From: Eubacteriales bacterium
GTDB taxonomy: Bacteria; Bacillota; Clostridia; Oscillospirales; CAG-272
Direction: 5' to 3'
DNA length: 64,000 bases
Assembly (NCBI GenBank): GCA_045661325.1
Contig: JAZRFK010000087.1
Coordinates: 148 to 64,147 of the forward strand
The notes below the pieces were generated by a model. That model did not search any database. It had not been told where the DNA came from and saw only the letters and a program-made list of their open reading frames with translations. The translations under genes were made by a program, and so were the position numbers. Each line of letters opens with the position of its first letter. Within the stretch, counting starts at the first letter, position 1. Shown one piece after another: positions 41,001 to 50,861 of the stretch.

Positions 41001-44000
41001 TCACGGCAACACCGTCCGACATCACCCAGATGCCTGCCATTCCGTTATCAAGGTCACTTTGCGCCTCTTCCTTGGACATATTAAAGTCAAAGTGAGCAAA
41101 GGCCTTAAAGACGGTGGACTTATCGGGAACCTTGGAAAGCGTTTCCTCGAGAAGCGAGGTGTCCAAGCCAAGATAGTAGCAAACGTCTGCCACGTGATTC
41201 TGAATCTTCTCTGCCTCGCTAAGCAGGCGGTTGTAGATACGAACGGAGTAGTAGGTGCCCGCCATATCGCGCCACATTTCAAAGCGCTTATCAATGACCT
41301 TGTCATTGGTCATATACATTGCGCCTGTGATTTCGGAAACGAGGCTTTCCTTACCGTCAAGAGTGATGGTGTAGGTGGCGGCCAAGTCCTCATCGTTTTC
41401 TTCCAAAAGGTCAAGCGCGATGGAGTAGTTTACAATGTCGCCGAAGGTGAGGCTTCCGAAGCACTTATCCTTACCAACCTCAACACGTCCGCCCGCGGGC
41501 TGCATATCCCAGCCCTTCTCTGCCTGATACATCCAGCGACGCTCCATATTGGTGCCAGCGTGGCTATAACAGAAGAAGCCCATCGCGCGATACGCGCCGA
41601 TAACCATCGCGTCCTCGTTGTAGAGGCCGTAGGTTGAATAATCATCGTAAAGGCGGGAAACCGTTCCGTCCTCGGCCGCAACGGTCGTGCCCTCGGGAGA
41701 GAGAATGGACTCAATGGTATATTCTCCGTCGGGAAGCATGTCATAATCAAAGAACAGATAGAAGGGGTTGTTCAGGTTTTTGCGGTAATTCTTGACGTCC
41801 TTCTTTTCCACAATCAGCTGAGGAACGGTGTCCTTAAAGGTAAGGCCGCCGCCCTCACTCTTGTACCAGCCGTTGCCAACGAGCGTGCCAAAGGTGGCGT
41901 CTGTCACGGCATTGGCCCACATTACGTTCGCGTCACTGATACGGGCGGTGGTGGAGAAGCCTTCATAATAAGCCAAGAGAACCTCAAGGCCGTCCGTTAC
42001 GTACAGAGTGCTGTTCTTATCCCAGTCGCTCACAACGAGATCCAGGGTTTCCTCAATAGAGGCGGTCATTTCCTCCTTGGGCATAAAGGCCACGTTGCTG
42101 TAAGCATTCACCACGAAGGCAACCGTTTCAGCAGAAAGGCCGTCCAAAACGGTGGTCTCGATGCCTGCATAGGCAATAAGGTCAACAAAATGGTTATAAG
42201 CGCGCTCGTAATCGGTCAAAACGGCGTCATACATTCTGACGGCGTAAGCGGTAACGGGGGCGCGGCGGGACAAATAGAACAAGGAGTCGGCATCAATGCC
42301 CGTATAGAAGGTGGTGCTGGCATTGGAGGAGGGGACGGAGCTATCGTAAGAGCCCTTTTTCTGCACCACGTTGTTTTTCATTATCTGATAGGTGGCAAGC
42401 GTGTTGCTGCTCTTTACGGTTACGTCACGGACGAACTGCTGCACGAACACGTTATCGTCCGCGCGGCTTCCCTCCTTATAGAGCTGGTTGTTGCTGTAGC
42501 TTGCATCATACCAATCGCCCGACCCGGGGGAAAGGAACCAGCGGTTGTGACGCACGCCGCCCAAAGCCTCGCCGCCGTCAGTACCGCCGCGGTTATAAAT
42601 CGCCTTCAGCTGACCGATGGCATCGGACAAAACGCCCTTCAGATATTCGCCCTTGGTATAGTAACCGATTACGTTACCATCGGCATCTACTTCTTGATAG
42701 TGTCTGTATTTGGCAACGTATTCAAGGGTGAAATCTGCCGCGGGAATAGCCTCACCGCCGATATTCAGGTACACGTCCTCCGTATACGTACCCGTTGCGG
42801 CAACAGTACTGTCTGCCGAGGGCAGATAGGTCATATCGTAGCCAACGCCGCCGTTCTCCGATTCTTTCCAGAGAGAGCCGACGAGCGTACCGTCAAAGTT
42901 GCCCATTTTGTCGTACCAAAGGGTCTTTTCCTCAAAGAACACGACAGAGCCCTTTTCGTAGGCAGAAAGAAGCATCGTCAGTTTTCCGCCGTTTTCGGTT
43001 TCGCTACCGTCTGCACCCACGTACAGCGCATCGTACGCGGTCATCTTGCGCGCCTCGTTCTCTGCGGCGCGAATTTCGGCAAGCGCGTTAATGATAGAGC
43101 GGATATCCGTTTCAGAGGCGCCGAAGTCAAGCGCGGCTACTTCCGCAAGGAAAGTTGCCTTATCCTCGTTGGGAACGTCCTGATAAAGAGAGAAGGAAAC
43201 GCCGCTATACAAAAGAATATCGACAGCACGGTTGATTTCCAGCTCCGAGGCGGTCAAGGGCTTGGTGTAAAGACGCACGGCATACACCGTTGCAGGCATA
43301 GAACGGTTAATGATAAACTTGCCAACGTAAGGCGCAGCCTCCTTCGAGCAGGAGCTTGTAAAGTAGTCACCCAAGGGCGCATCGGCACCGTTCTTCAAGA
43401 ATTTATAGTTATACGCATCCTGGCCTTCGGTGAGGGTAACGGTCAGGTTGACAATAGAGGAATCCTGCTGATAGGCCAAAAGGCGACTGCCAAAGCCCAC
43501 ACCGAGCGTGTTTCCAACGGTATGCCAGGTATCATCGTCAGATTCAGCCTTGTCGCTCAGCATCGTCACCAGCGCGTTATAGTTTCTCGCCGGCCAGGGC
43601 GATTCACCGCTCCACAAAAACGCGCGGAAGCGGCCAAGAGATATAGCCGCCGTTTTGTTATACACGTAAGCGGGGGTTACACCGTCGGCATTCTCGGTAA
43701 AGCCGCGCACAGAGGAAATGATTTCAAGAGAATAGGTGTCCGTGGGCAAGAGAGACGCATCCAAGGACAAGAAATAGTCGTAATCCTCTGCGGCAAGGTC
43801 ATAGCCCACGCCGTTTTCCCCTGCCGTCCAGGTTCCGCCAAAGCTTGCGTGCTTGGTGGCATCGGCGGCAATATTGGTCCAAGTGGCGCTATCCAAATCT
43901 ACGGAGGAGAAGCCCTTGAAGGCAGTTAAAAGAACGGTCAGAGTTCCGCCGTTTTTGTTGGTCTCGCCATTCGCACCCACGTACAAATCAAGAAAGCTGT

Positions 44001-44130
44001 CGGCCTCCTTTTGTTCGGACTGCGCGGTGCTGCCGCCCGTTGTCTCTGCCGAGGCGGGAAAAAGCGCCGTTGGCACCAATGCCAACAGCATACACAGCAT
44101 CAAAAGCACACTTATGATTCTTTTTTTCAT
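38002..44130 (-). CDS. Array paralog D (2042 aa)
   Basis: Same architecture; shares private motifs with C. Confidence 0.75.
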   Translation of the reverse strand: MKKRIISVLLMLCMLLALVPTALFPASAETTGGSTAQSEQKEADSFLDLYVGANGETNKNGGTLTVLLTAFKGFSSVDLDSATWTNIAADATKHASFGGTWTAGENGVGYDLAAEDYDYFLSLDASLLPTDTYSLEIISSVRGFTENADGVTPAYVYNKTAAISLGRFRAFLWSGESPWPARNYNALVTMLSDKAESDDDTWHTVGNTLGVGFGSRLLAYQQDSSIVNLTVTLTEGQDAYNYKFLKNGADAPLGDYFTSSCSKEAAPYVGKFIINRSMPATVYAVRLYTKPLTASELEINRAVDILLYSGVSFSLYQDVPNEDKATFLAEVAALDFGASETDIRSIINALAEIRAAENEARKMTAYDALYVGADGSETENGGKLTMLLSAYEKGSVVFFEEKTLWYDKMGNFDGTLVGSLWKESENGGVGYDMTYLPSADSTVAATGTYTEDVYLNIGGEAIPAADFTLEYVAKYRHYQEVDADGNVIGYYTKGEYLKGVLSDAIGQLKAIYNRGGTDGGEALGGVRHNRWFLSPGSGDWYDASYSNNQLYKEGSRADDNVFVQQFVRDVTVKSSNTLATYQIMKNNVVQKKGSYDSSVPSSNASTTFYTGIDADSLFYLSRRAPVTAYAVRMYDAVLTDYERAYNHFVDLIAYAGIETTVLDGLSAETVAFVVNAYSNVAFMPKEEMTASIEETLDLVVSDWDKNSTLYVTDGLEVLLAYYEGFSTTARISDANVMWANAVTDATFGTLVGNGWYKSEGGGLTFKDTVPQLIVEKKDVKNYRKNLNNPFYLFFDYDMLPDGEYTIESILSPEGTTVAAEDGTVSRLYDDYSTYGLYNEDAMVIGAYRAMGFFCYSHAGTNMERRWMYQAEKGWDMQPAGGRVEVGKDKCFGSLTFGDIVNYSIALDLLEENDEDLAATYTITLDGKESLVSEITGAMYMTNDKVIDKRFEMWRDMAGTYYSVRIYNRLLSEAEKIQNHVADVCYYLGLDTSLLEETLSKVPDKSTVFKAFAHFDFNMSKEEAQSDLDNGMAGIWVMSDGVAVKQDMSDAIRFYFTLQNSSIAAIMKAGFALELGVLLNVNDGSMPSLTDGTYDYRFVTFDSVAGAYQQYFVDEDTFAITLSYVDGNIDLYNQNIRVATYVKLTTTAGEELMFYGGLAGAEYGEITSFFTVMNYLSKTESVQGSDLAEYVSDTVESCYYDYTVHFDSNAESGGNGSADAPYTDFTDAFEACNNALVTLERPTNVRLFVAGGTHVISEIVEFDFDEITYPYYYYTIEGDYLAEELPELTTAVGISASDFAAVAGKTGLYVYQFAPNAEGKYPEFRNLYVDGMTAEIAYGTSNAAHKGIAPELNRFGRYLDGTYLKAKYYFDKGVLADHSPEVEYAALPERTDLIASYTAHYNGFMTLGGAYTWTVPTDEAQLNNVLYLSLASVEALRDTVEERLAELEVSKAEWEAEVARLEAAVADAKAALAAAIADYEAKLEAAGKSNATEEEKGAYVIAKAVMDEATAVLATLEAELAEAKPMVYDVTTAYKVALKGLQVELYHAGEWCFNLLHVEGIDFDDVVYYYDERHDEVEECVAVYVRKDHLTGMGMPKGGDTDGYYFSVQNALAFVDSEGEYYYEVETGKLYYYTQYDLADMTFSYPTLDNMMVFYDANNLVISDLTIWGVDFYELSRTGMATGQAGADTLTDATLAEGGCGFCTENAIGIYNAKNTTVQDCYFHDIGGAGVFMQGRVENVTISGNEFEMIGDSAIRVRGTTARYGNATYSETSGAYQVVVKENYIHDVGRAVYSSPGIYFAACKDVELAYNTIIGSSYSAISIGWRWTQATWLEHEDYNLYNVDVHHNYITDYIQELGDGGAIYVLGGNLMPDNPKQINFMHHNYVVNSKSSCSGKVAFFASYYFDGSSSNWSNYNNVLVKHASSISDKQLSNATDEEREQYNRRKYTRGFYMQHTAGADSYNIHSWNNYVYNVSATTASAQFSECYSMGEGWATLKGHTEAGTQYFAGNQKFAFSTAIKAQIEECGARMHPGDWTWVLGDDY

Positions 44131-44236
44131 AGGATTGACCCTTCCTTTTTCTTATATTGTCACCTTATCAAGAAAATTCGCCGCGATTTTGGGGCGAAAG
44201 ACGAAAAAGCAACTTTTGCCGATTTTATACACTACT

Positions 44237-44265
44237 ATTTTACACATTTTCGGCCTCTTTGTCAA
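44237..44265 (-). promoter_or_regulatory. sigmaA-type promoter of paralog D
   Basis: TTGACA-17 nt-TAAAAT. Confidence 0.7.
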
Positions 44266-44414
44266 GACGCGCTTATCAGTTTTGTTAAATTGACTAACTT
44301 TATTTTTTTCTTTTTGTGCAATATATCCAACCGCGTAAAACGCATACGGCTTTGGCGCAAAAAACGGCAGCTTCTGCCTACGATGCGCCACCTGCCACGG
44401 ATGCCGCCAAACGC

Positions 44415-44490
44415 AAAAAGAGCAAGGGCGAAGGGAGATTTCCCTTTGCTCTTGCTCTTGGGCTTGCCCTCCTTGGAGGGAGGGCAAGTC
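44415..44490 (-). terminator. Double hairpin/terminator after paralog E
   Basis: GACTTGCCCTCC...GGAGGGCAAGCC, then the long AAGAGCAAGAGCAAAGGGA...TCCCTTCGCCCTTGCTCTT stem with a T tail. Confidence 0.7.
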
Positions 44491-44500
44491 GGAGTGTTGC

Positions 44501-47500
44501 TTAATACTCGTTATCCATCAGCCATTCCCATTCGCCCGGATGCATTCTTGCGCCCGTTTCCTCTATCAATCGCTTGATGGATTCGGGGAACGCCAGCTTG
44601 CTGCTACCCGAGAAGTAACGGGTTCCGACCACCTTGTGTCCGCACTTCTGCCAATGCGCATCGGTACCCATGAAGAATACCTCCTTCTGCTGTGCAGCGG
44701 CGGTGGTTGCACGGACGTTGAAGACGAAGTTGTCAGAAGAGTGAATGTTGTAGGACCAAGCGCTTCCCGTTGTGGTGTACTGCTTAAAGAAGAAGTGCGA
44801 TCCCTTGCGGCGCATATAAAGCGCATAGTCTCTGTCGTTTGCGTTCTTCTGTGCACCTCTGTCAGCACCTGCGGACTGCTCTACAAGGACGTTGTTGTAG
44901 TTAGACCAGTTGGTGGAGGATCCGTCAAAGTAGTACCCGTCGCTCTGCTGGCCAAGGCCGTTACCTGAGGTATCGCTGAAAATAACGCAGTTGTGGTGGA
45001 TGAAGTTGATCTGCTTGGGGTTATCGGGCTTGAGGTTGCCGCCCAGCATATAGATGGCACCGCCGTCACCCAGGTTCTGCATAAAGTCGGTGATATAGTT
45101 GTGATGAATGTTGACGTTATACAGATTGTACCTGTCGTGCTCTTCCCAAGAGGCCGCGGTCCAGTTCCAACCAATGGACATACCCGAATAGGAGCATCCG
45201 ATGATGGTGTTGTTGGCAATCTCTACGTCCTTGCAGGAGGCAAGATAGAGAGCAGGCGCGTTATAGGTGCTTTGGGCAATTTCGTGCAGATAGTTCTGCG
45301 TGATAGTCACGCGCTCGGCGCCGCTTCGGCTAGAGAACTCATTGTTGGCGGCACGGTCACCGCGGATACGAATGCCCGAGTCACCTATCATTTCAATTTC
45401 GTTACCCGAAATGGTGGTGTCCTCTACCCTTCCTTCAATATAGATAGCGGCACCGCCGATATCGTGGAAGTAACAGTCCTGAATGGTAACGAAATAGGCG
45501 TCGTAGATCGTCAGGGCCGCGCGGGTAGTAAAGCCCGTCACGTACAGGTTCGAGGTGTGCGTTGTATTCTGCATCTTGTTGGAGCCTGCCTGCGACGCGG
45601 CAAGACCGACCTCGGTCATTACGTAATCGTCAATGCCCCAGAAGGTCAAGTCACTTACAGTCAGGTTTCTTGCATTGTGGAAGATGAACATATTATCCAT
45701 CGTCGGATAGGAGAAGACCATGTCGTCAATGCCGTACTCGCTGTAATAGTAAAGCTTACCTGCCTGAATATCGTAATAGTACTCACCCGTGGTGTCGAGG
45801 AATTCGAAGGCATTGGAAACGAAGACATGGCGATTTGCCATTGAGAAGTAGCCCGTGACTCTATTGGCGTTTACGGGAATCTCAAACTTTTTGTACTGTT
45901 CGGGATCCATATGGACGGCAACGAGGGTCTCTACCTTGTTGTGTCTTTCGTCATAGTAGTAAACTGCATCGTCAAAGTCAATGCCTGCAATATCAATGAT
46001 GTCGTAATCCCATTCGGCAGTGGCGTGTAGCTCGATGCCCATTCCCGCCAGGGTGGACTTGTAGCTTTCGTTGGGGTCATAGGTGCCTGCCGCCTTCATT
46101 TCGGCTATCTTGGCGTTGACCGTATCGCGCAAAGCGTTAACTGCATCTACGTTCAGATAAAGAACGCCGCGAGAGCCGATATCGATTGAAACGGTGTAAT
46201 CCACGGAAGAAGCCTTTATCTCGCCCTTCTTCACCTTGGCAAACTCTGCGTGGAAGTGAGTAAATGCCTCGCTGTAATCGCTTCCCATACCGGGGCGAAC
46301 ACCCTCGGCCGTGAGGCTCTCAAAGCCGTCCAGCTGATAGATGTCCTTCAGGTCCTTCAAAGCAAGGAACCATTCGTAATGCTTGGTGTAGGAGGCGATA
46401 AGATCGGTTCTATCCTGGCAGTTGGCGTATTCAACGGCAGGAGAATGATCCAACAAAACGCCGTTATCGTAATAATACTCGGCCTTGATAAAGGTTCCGT
46501 CCACATCTCTGTCAAAGCGAGAGAGGGAGGGAAATTCGCCGTTTGCCGTGGTTGTCGGCGTGGTATGTGCCATGGTGGCCGACCAGCCGTCTACATACAG
46601 GTTGCGGAACTTGGGATAATTGCCCTCGCTGTCGGGGGCAAACTCAAAGACATAAATGCCGTCGTGTCCCTCAAGAGCCTCAAAGGCAGAAGCAGGAATA
46701 TCAAGCACGGTGGTTAATTCGCTTGCTTCCTCACTCTCTAAATCTCCTTCGATGGAGAAGGCGTATTTAGAGAAGGTGACCTCTTCAAAGTCGAACTCGT
46801 AAATCTCGTCCAAGTGATGAATGCCGCCCGCGATAAACAAAACAAGGTTGGTGGGCGCGGTCATATTGACCAGAACGTCCTTACAAGCCTCAAAGGCATC
46901 CGTGAAATCGGTGTAGGGAGCGCTTGCGCTTCCGTCACCCTTTCCGTCCGCATAGGAATCGTAATAGATAACAACGTCCTCATAGCATCCAAGCGCTATC
47001 ATGCTCAGATAATCGGACAAGCCGCTTTCAACGGCGTTACTTGTGGTTGCCAGATAATCGTACACGGTAAAGAGCGAGGTGTTATCGGCGTACGCACTAT
47101 TCATCAGGCCGCCGTAGAAATAGGTAACGTTGCCGCTTGCGTCCACGAGTTTGACATAAGTGGAGATCTTGACCGCCTCGTTGTAAAGCTCGGTCGTTGC
47201 ATCCATATAGGACAGGGTGATGGCCACGGTGTCCTCATCCAAGAAATACTTGGCGTTTGCGCCGAAAACAGAATCAAACACCACAAAGCGATAATCGTAT
47301 GCGGCGTTTTCAAGCGCGGGAGTTTCATTTGTGCCAACGTTCACCATAACGCCGACCTCAACGGCAAAGCCTGCGTTCATAATAGCGGCCAATGCACCAT
47401 ACTGAAGGTTGAAGTAGAAGCGGATCGCATCGGACATATCCTGCTTAACGCCAACACCGTCCGTTTGAATCCAAACGCCTGCCATGCCGCTATCCAAAGC

Positions 47501-50500
47501 AAGCTGTGCCTCTTCCTTGGTCATATTAAAGGAGAGATGCGCGAAGGCGGAGAAGACGGTTGCCTTATCGGGAATGCTGGAAAGTGCCTTTTGGAGCATA
47601 CTGATGTCCAAATCAAAGTAGTAGCAAACGTCGGCTACGTGGTTCTGGAGGCGCTCCGCTTCCGTCAGAACTCTGTCATACATACGAACGGCATACATAG
47701 TGGAAGCAAGGCCGCGCCATACGTCAAAGTGCTTATCCACTACGTCCGCATTGGCTATGTACGTTTCCTTATCAATGGAAATGGTCGTGCCCTTGGTGCC
47801 GTTGTAAAGAATGGTGTAAAGAGAGGCAACCTTTTCAGATTCCTCTGCCTGATAATCGTGAATGATGGAATAGTTTACTATCTCGCCGACGCCAACCTCG
47901 GCAAAAACGTTGTCGGTACCAACGTGGTTACGATCCGCGCCGTTCCATCCACCCTTGGTCTGGTACATCCAACGGCGCTGCATATTGCCGTCTGCCACGT
48001 GGCTGTAACAGGCAAAGCCCATAGAGCGGAAGGCGCCAAGCACGAAGGCGCGGTCATAAAAGATACCGTAGGTGGAGTAATCGTCATAGTAACGGGTAAG
48101 TTCTCCCTCCTCAGAAGCCTGCGTGATGCCCTCGGGCGCCAGAACGGTTTCCAAGGTGTAGTCACCGTCGGGAAGCATGGAATAATCGAAGGTCAGATAG
48201 AAGTCGTCACCCTTATTGGGGCGAGCCTTAACGGCCTTGGCATCGATCTCCGCCTGCGTTGCGGTATCTCTGGTCATAATGCCGCCGTCTTCGCTTCTGT
48301 ACCAGTTTCTGCCCATCAAGGTGCCGTAAGTACCTTCGTTGACTGCGTTTGCCCACAAAACCTCGCTTTCGCCAAAGCGCGTTGCGGTGGAGAATCCGTC
48401 ATAGGAGGCAAGCAGAATGGTCAAGCCGTCCGTTACGTAGAGCGTGGTATCCTTGTCAAAGGTGTTCACGTAGAAGGAAAGGGTTTCCGCGATCGCGGTT
48501 TCGGCCTTTGCCTTGTCAGAGATGAGAGAGGCCGTGGCGAGAGATTCAATCAATGCGGCGCGTTCCTCTGCGCTCAAATTTTCAATGATGGAAAGGTCAA
48601 CCTCTGCATAGGCCAAGAAGTCAACAAAGTGGTTATAAGCAATTTCGTACTCGGTCAAAACCGCATCGTATATACGAATGGCGTATACGTCAACAGGGGC
48701 GCGGTTGAAGAGATAGAATGCCGTTTCGCTTCCATCCTCGGCATAATACTTGTTGCCCATAATGGCCTTATTGGTAGCGCTATCCCAAACGGAAACGGCA
48801 CCGTCAGAGGCAAAGTCACCCGTCTTGGTGAGTACACCGTTTTTCATCAGGGAATAGGTGGCAAGCGTATTGGTGGCCGTGACAGTGATATCACGAATGA
48901 TCTGCTGGGTGTAAACGCCCGTTGCATCACGCGAGGTTTCGGAATGAAGCTTATTGTTCAGATAGTTGCCCTTGTACCAGCCATCCGTGCCGGGAGCAAG
49001 GAAGTAGCGGGCATAGTGCGCGCCGCCAAGAGTGGTGCCGCCGCCGCGCTCATAAACGGCCTTCAGCTGACCGATGGCATCGGAAACAACACCGCTCCAC
49101 CAAGCGTCGCCCTTGTAGCTCTCGCCCGTTTGCTTACCCGAAGCATCCACAATCTTAATATAATCGTAGAAGGCAACGGTTTCAATGGTATAGTCGGAAA
49201 CGGGAAGCGCATCAATGCCCAGATTCAAGCGGACGTCCGTTTGATAGTTGCCGCCCGTTCCGTCTGCCAAAATGGTCATATCGTAGCCAACGCCGCCGCC
49301 CTCGAGAGTCGTCCAAAGGGAGCCAACGAAGGTTGCGTTATGGTTGCCCATCTTGTCAACCCAGACATTCTGTCCTTCGGTGAGCAAAACGGAGTTGAGT
49401 GTATAGGAGGAAAGCAGAACGGTCAGCTTACCGCCGTTTTGCGTTTTGCTTCCGTCAGCGCCAATGTACATTTTATCGTACACGCTCATTTTGCGCTTTT
49501 CTCTGGCCGCTTCTGCAATAACGGCGATGTTTTCGGCGATCTCTTCCACCTCATCTACGGTAACATCAAAGCCCTCTGCGGCAACGGCGGCAAGGAAATC
49601 CTCCTTGGCATCGTCCGCAAGGTTCTTATACACGCTGAAATCTGCGCCGACGTAAAGAAGAATATCAACGCCTGCGTTGTGTGCAAGCTCTGCATTCGTC
49701 AGGGGCTTGGTGTAAAGACGAACGGCATAGAAGGTTGCGGGCATCGCGCGATTGATGATAAACTTACCGACAAAGTCGGGGTTGGTCTTTTCGTAGGTGT
49801 TCTTTTCGGGGGTGATATCCGAGGCATTCTTGGCAACCTTATAAACGCCGACAGTCGCGCTGGAGGTATAGCTGATGGCCAGCGTATTCACCATCGTATC
49901 GTTGCGGTAGGGCAAAAGGCAGTTGTTCCAATGGCCCGAAGCAACACCAACGGGGCTCCACTTATCTTCCGTGGTGGTGGCGGCATCCGTGGCCATCATA
50001 ACAAGCGCGTTGTTATTGCGAGGGTCTTTCCAGTCCTTGCTCTCGTCGACATAACCGCTCCAAAGATACGCACGGAAGGCACCAAGAGACATATTGGCCG
50101 TTCTTGCATAATCAGAAGCGCCCGTAAGACCGCGCACGGAGGACACGATCTCCAGCGTATAGTTGTCCGTAGGAAGCAGGCTTGCATCCATCGAAAGCAT
50201 ATAGCTGTAATCAAAGGAGGATTGCTCGCTGGCATATGTAACACCGCCATTTTCAAGCGTTATCCAATTGCCGCCGAAGGTCGCATAGTTGCTTGCGCCC
50301 TTTGCGGTATTGTTCCATCTACCGTTTGACAGATCCACGGAGGAATCGCCCTTAAAGGCGCTCATAAAGATAGAAAGCACGCCTCCGTTTTCCGTTTGGC
50401 TACCGTCAAGGCCAACGTACAAATCCTTGTAGCTTGTGGCCGTGCTTCCCTCCGAGGACGAGGTTGAACCCGTTTGCACGTTCTCTTCCGCGGAAGCGGG

Positions 50501-50572
50501 ATAAAGAGCCATGGGAACGAGCGTTATCAGCATACAAAGCGTCAACAGTATGCTCAAGATTCTCTTTTTCAT
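44501..50572 (-). CDS. Array paralog E (about 2023 aa)
   Basis: RBS AAAGGAG before MKKRILS; same architecture without the long coiled-coil insert. Confidence 0.75.
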   Translation of the reverse strand: MKKRILSILLTLCMLITLVPMALYPASAEENVQTGSTSSSEGSTATSYKDLYVGLDGSQTENGGVLSIFMSAFKGDSSVDLSNGRWNNTAKGASNYATFGGNWITLENGGVTYASEQSSFDYSYMLSMDASLLPTDNYTLEIVSSVRGLTGASDYARTANMSLGAFRAYLWSGYVDESKDWKDPRNNNALVMMATDAATTTEDKWSPVGVASGHWNNCLLPYRNDTMVNTLAISYTSSATVGVYKVAKNASDITPEKNTYEKTNPDFVGKFIINRAMPATFYAVRLYTKPLTNAELAHNAGVDILLYVGADFSVYKNLADDAKEDFLAAVAAEGFDVTVDEVEEIAENIAVIAEAAREKRKMSVYDKMYIGADGSKTQNGGKLTVLLSSYTLNSVLLTEGQNVWVDKMGNHNATFVGSLWTTLEGGGVGYDMTILADGTGGNYQTDVRLNLGIDALPVSDYTIETVAFYDYIKIVDASGKQTGESYKGDAWWSGVVSDAIGQLKAVYERGGGTTLGGAHYARYFLAPGTDGWYKGNYLNNKLHSETSRDATGVYTQQIIRDITVTATNTLATYSLMKNGVLTKTGDFASDGAVSVWDSATNKAIMGNKYYAEDGSETAFYLFNRAPVDVYAIRIYDAVLTEYEIAYNHFVDFLAYAEVDLSIIENLSAEERAALIESLATASLISDKAKAETAIAETLSFYVNTFDKDTTLYVTDGLTILLASYDGFSTATRFGESEVLWANAVNEGTYGTLMGRNWYRSEDGGIMTRDTATQAEIDAKAVKARPNKGDDFYLTFDYSMLPDGDYTLETVLAPEGITQASEEGELTRYYDDYSTYGIFYDRAFVLGAFRSMGFACYSHVADGNMQRRWMYQTKGGWNGADRNHVGTDNVFAEVGVGEIVNYSIIHDYQAEESEKVASLYTILYNGTKGTTISIDKETYIANADVVDKHFDVWRGLASTMYAVRMYDRVLTEAERLQNHVADVCYYFDLDISMLQKALSSIPDKATVFSAFAHLSFNMTKEEAQLALDSGMAGVWIQTDGVGVKQDMSDAIRFYFNLQYGALAAIMNAGFAVEVGVMVNVGTNETPALENAAYDYRFVVFDSVFGANAKYFLDEDTVAITLSYMDATTELYNEAVKISTYVKLVDASGNVTYFYGGLMNSAYADNTSLFTVYDYLATTSNAVESGLSDYLSMIALGCYEDVVIYYDSYADGKGDGSASAPYTDFTDAFEACKDVLVNMTAPTNLVLFIAGGIHHLDEIYEFDFEEVTFSKYAFSIEGDLESEEASELTTVLDIPASAFEALEGHDGIYVFEFAPDSEGNYPKFRNLYVDGWSATMAHTTPTTTANGEFPSLSRFDRDVDGTFIKAEYYYDNGVLLDHSPAVEYANCQDRTDLIASYTKHYEWFLALKDLKDIYQLDGFESLTAEGVRPGMGSDYSEAFTHFHAEFAKVKKGEIKASSVDYTVSIDIGSRGVLYLNVDAVNALRDTVNAKIAEMKAAGTYDPNESYKSTLAGMGIELHATAEWDYDIIDIAGIDFDDAVYYYDERHNKVETLVAVHMDPEQYKKFEIPVNANRVTGYFSMANRHVFVSNAFEFLDTTGEYYYDIQAGKLYYYSEYGIDDMVFSYPTMDNMFIFHNARNLTVSDLTFWGIDDYVMTEVGLAASQAGSNKMQNTTHTSNLYVTGFTTRAALTIYDAYFVTIQDCYFHDIGGAAIYIEGRVEDTTISGNEIEMIGDSGIRIRGDRAANNEFSSRSGAERVTITQNYLHEIAQSTYNAPALYLASCKDVEIANNTIIGCSYSGMSIGWNWTAASWEEHDRYNLYNVNIHHNYITDFMQNLGDGGAIYMLGGNLKPDNPKQINFIHHNCVIFSDTSGNGLGQQSDGYYFDGSSTNWSNYNNVLVEQSAGADRGAQKNANDRDYALYMRRKGSHFFFKQYTTTGSAWSYNIHSSDNFVFNVRATTAAAQQKEVFFMGTDAHWQKCGHKVVGTRYFSGSSKLAFPESIKRLIEETGARMHPGEWEWLMDNEY

Positions 50573-50638
50573 TGGTGTTCTCCTTTGCGTGTTGGTAAAA
50601 GTGTGCGTTGATGGTTTATAATACTCCATGATACTCCT

Positions 50639-50667
50639 ATTTTACCATATTCGCGTGCCGCGCGCAA
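50639..50667 (-). promoter_or_regulatory. sigmaA-type promoter of paralog E
   Basis: TTGCGC-17 nt-TAAAAT with extended TG. Confidence 0.5.
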
Positions 50668-50790
50668 GGGCTTTTCGTTGTTTTTTCTATTAATCAAATG
50701 GGTTTTGATATACTTTTCGTTCTGCCTTGGTGGATTTCCTCTCCGCATGAAGCAAATTCGGTATATTCTCCCTCCTATGCGCAAAAGCAC

Positions 50791-50823
50791 AAAAAAGCGG
50801 CAAGGCGAAAAGCCTTGCCGCTT
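50791..50823 (-). terminator. Terminator of paralog F
   Basis: AAGCGGCAAGGC-TTTTC-GCCTTGCCGCTTTTTT. Confidence 0.8.
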
Positions 50824-50861
50824 CGGGATAATGCTATTGTTTTTGGATGTGTAGGCAGGAA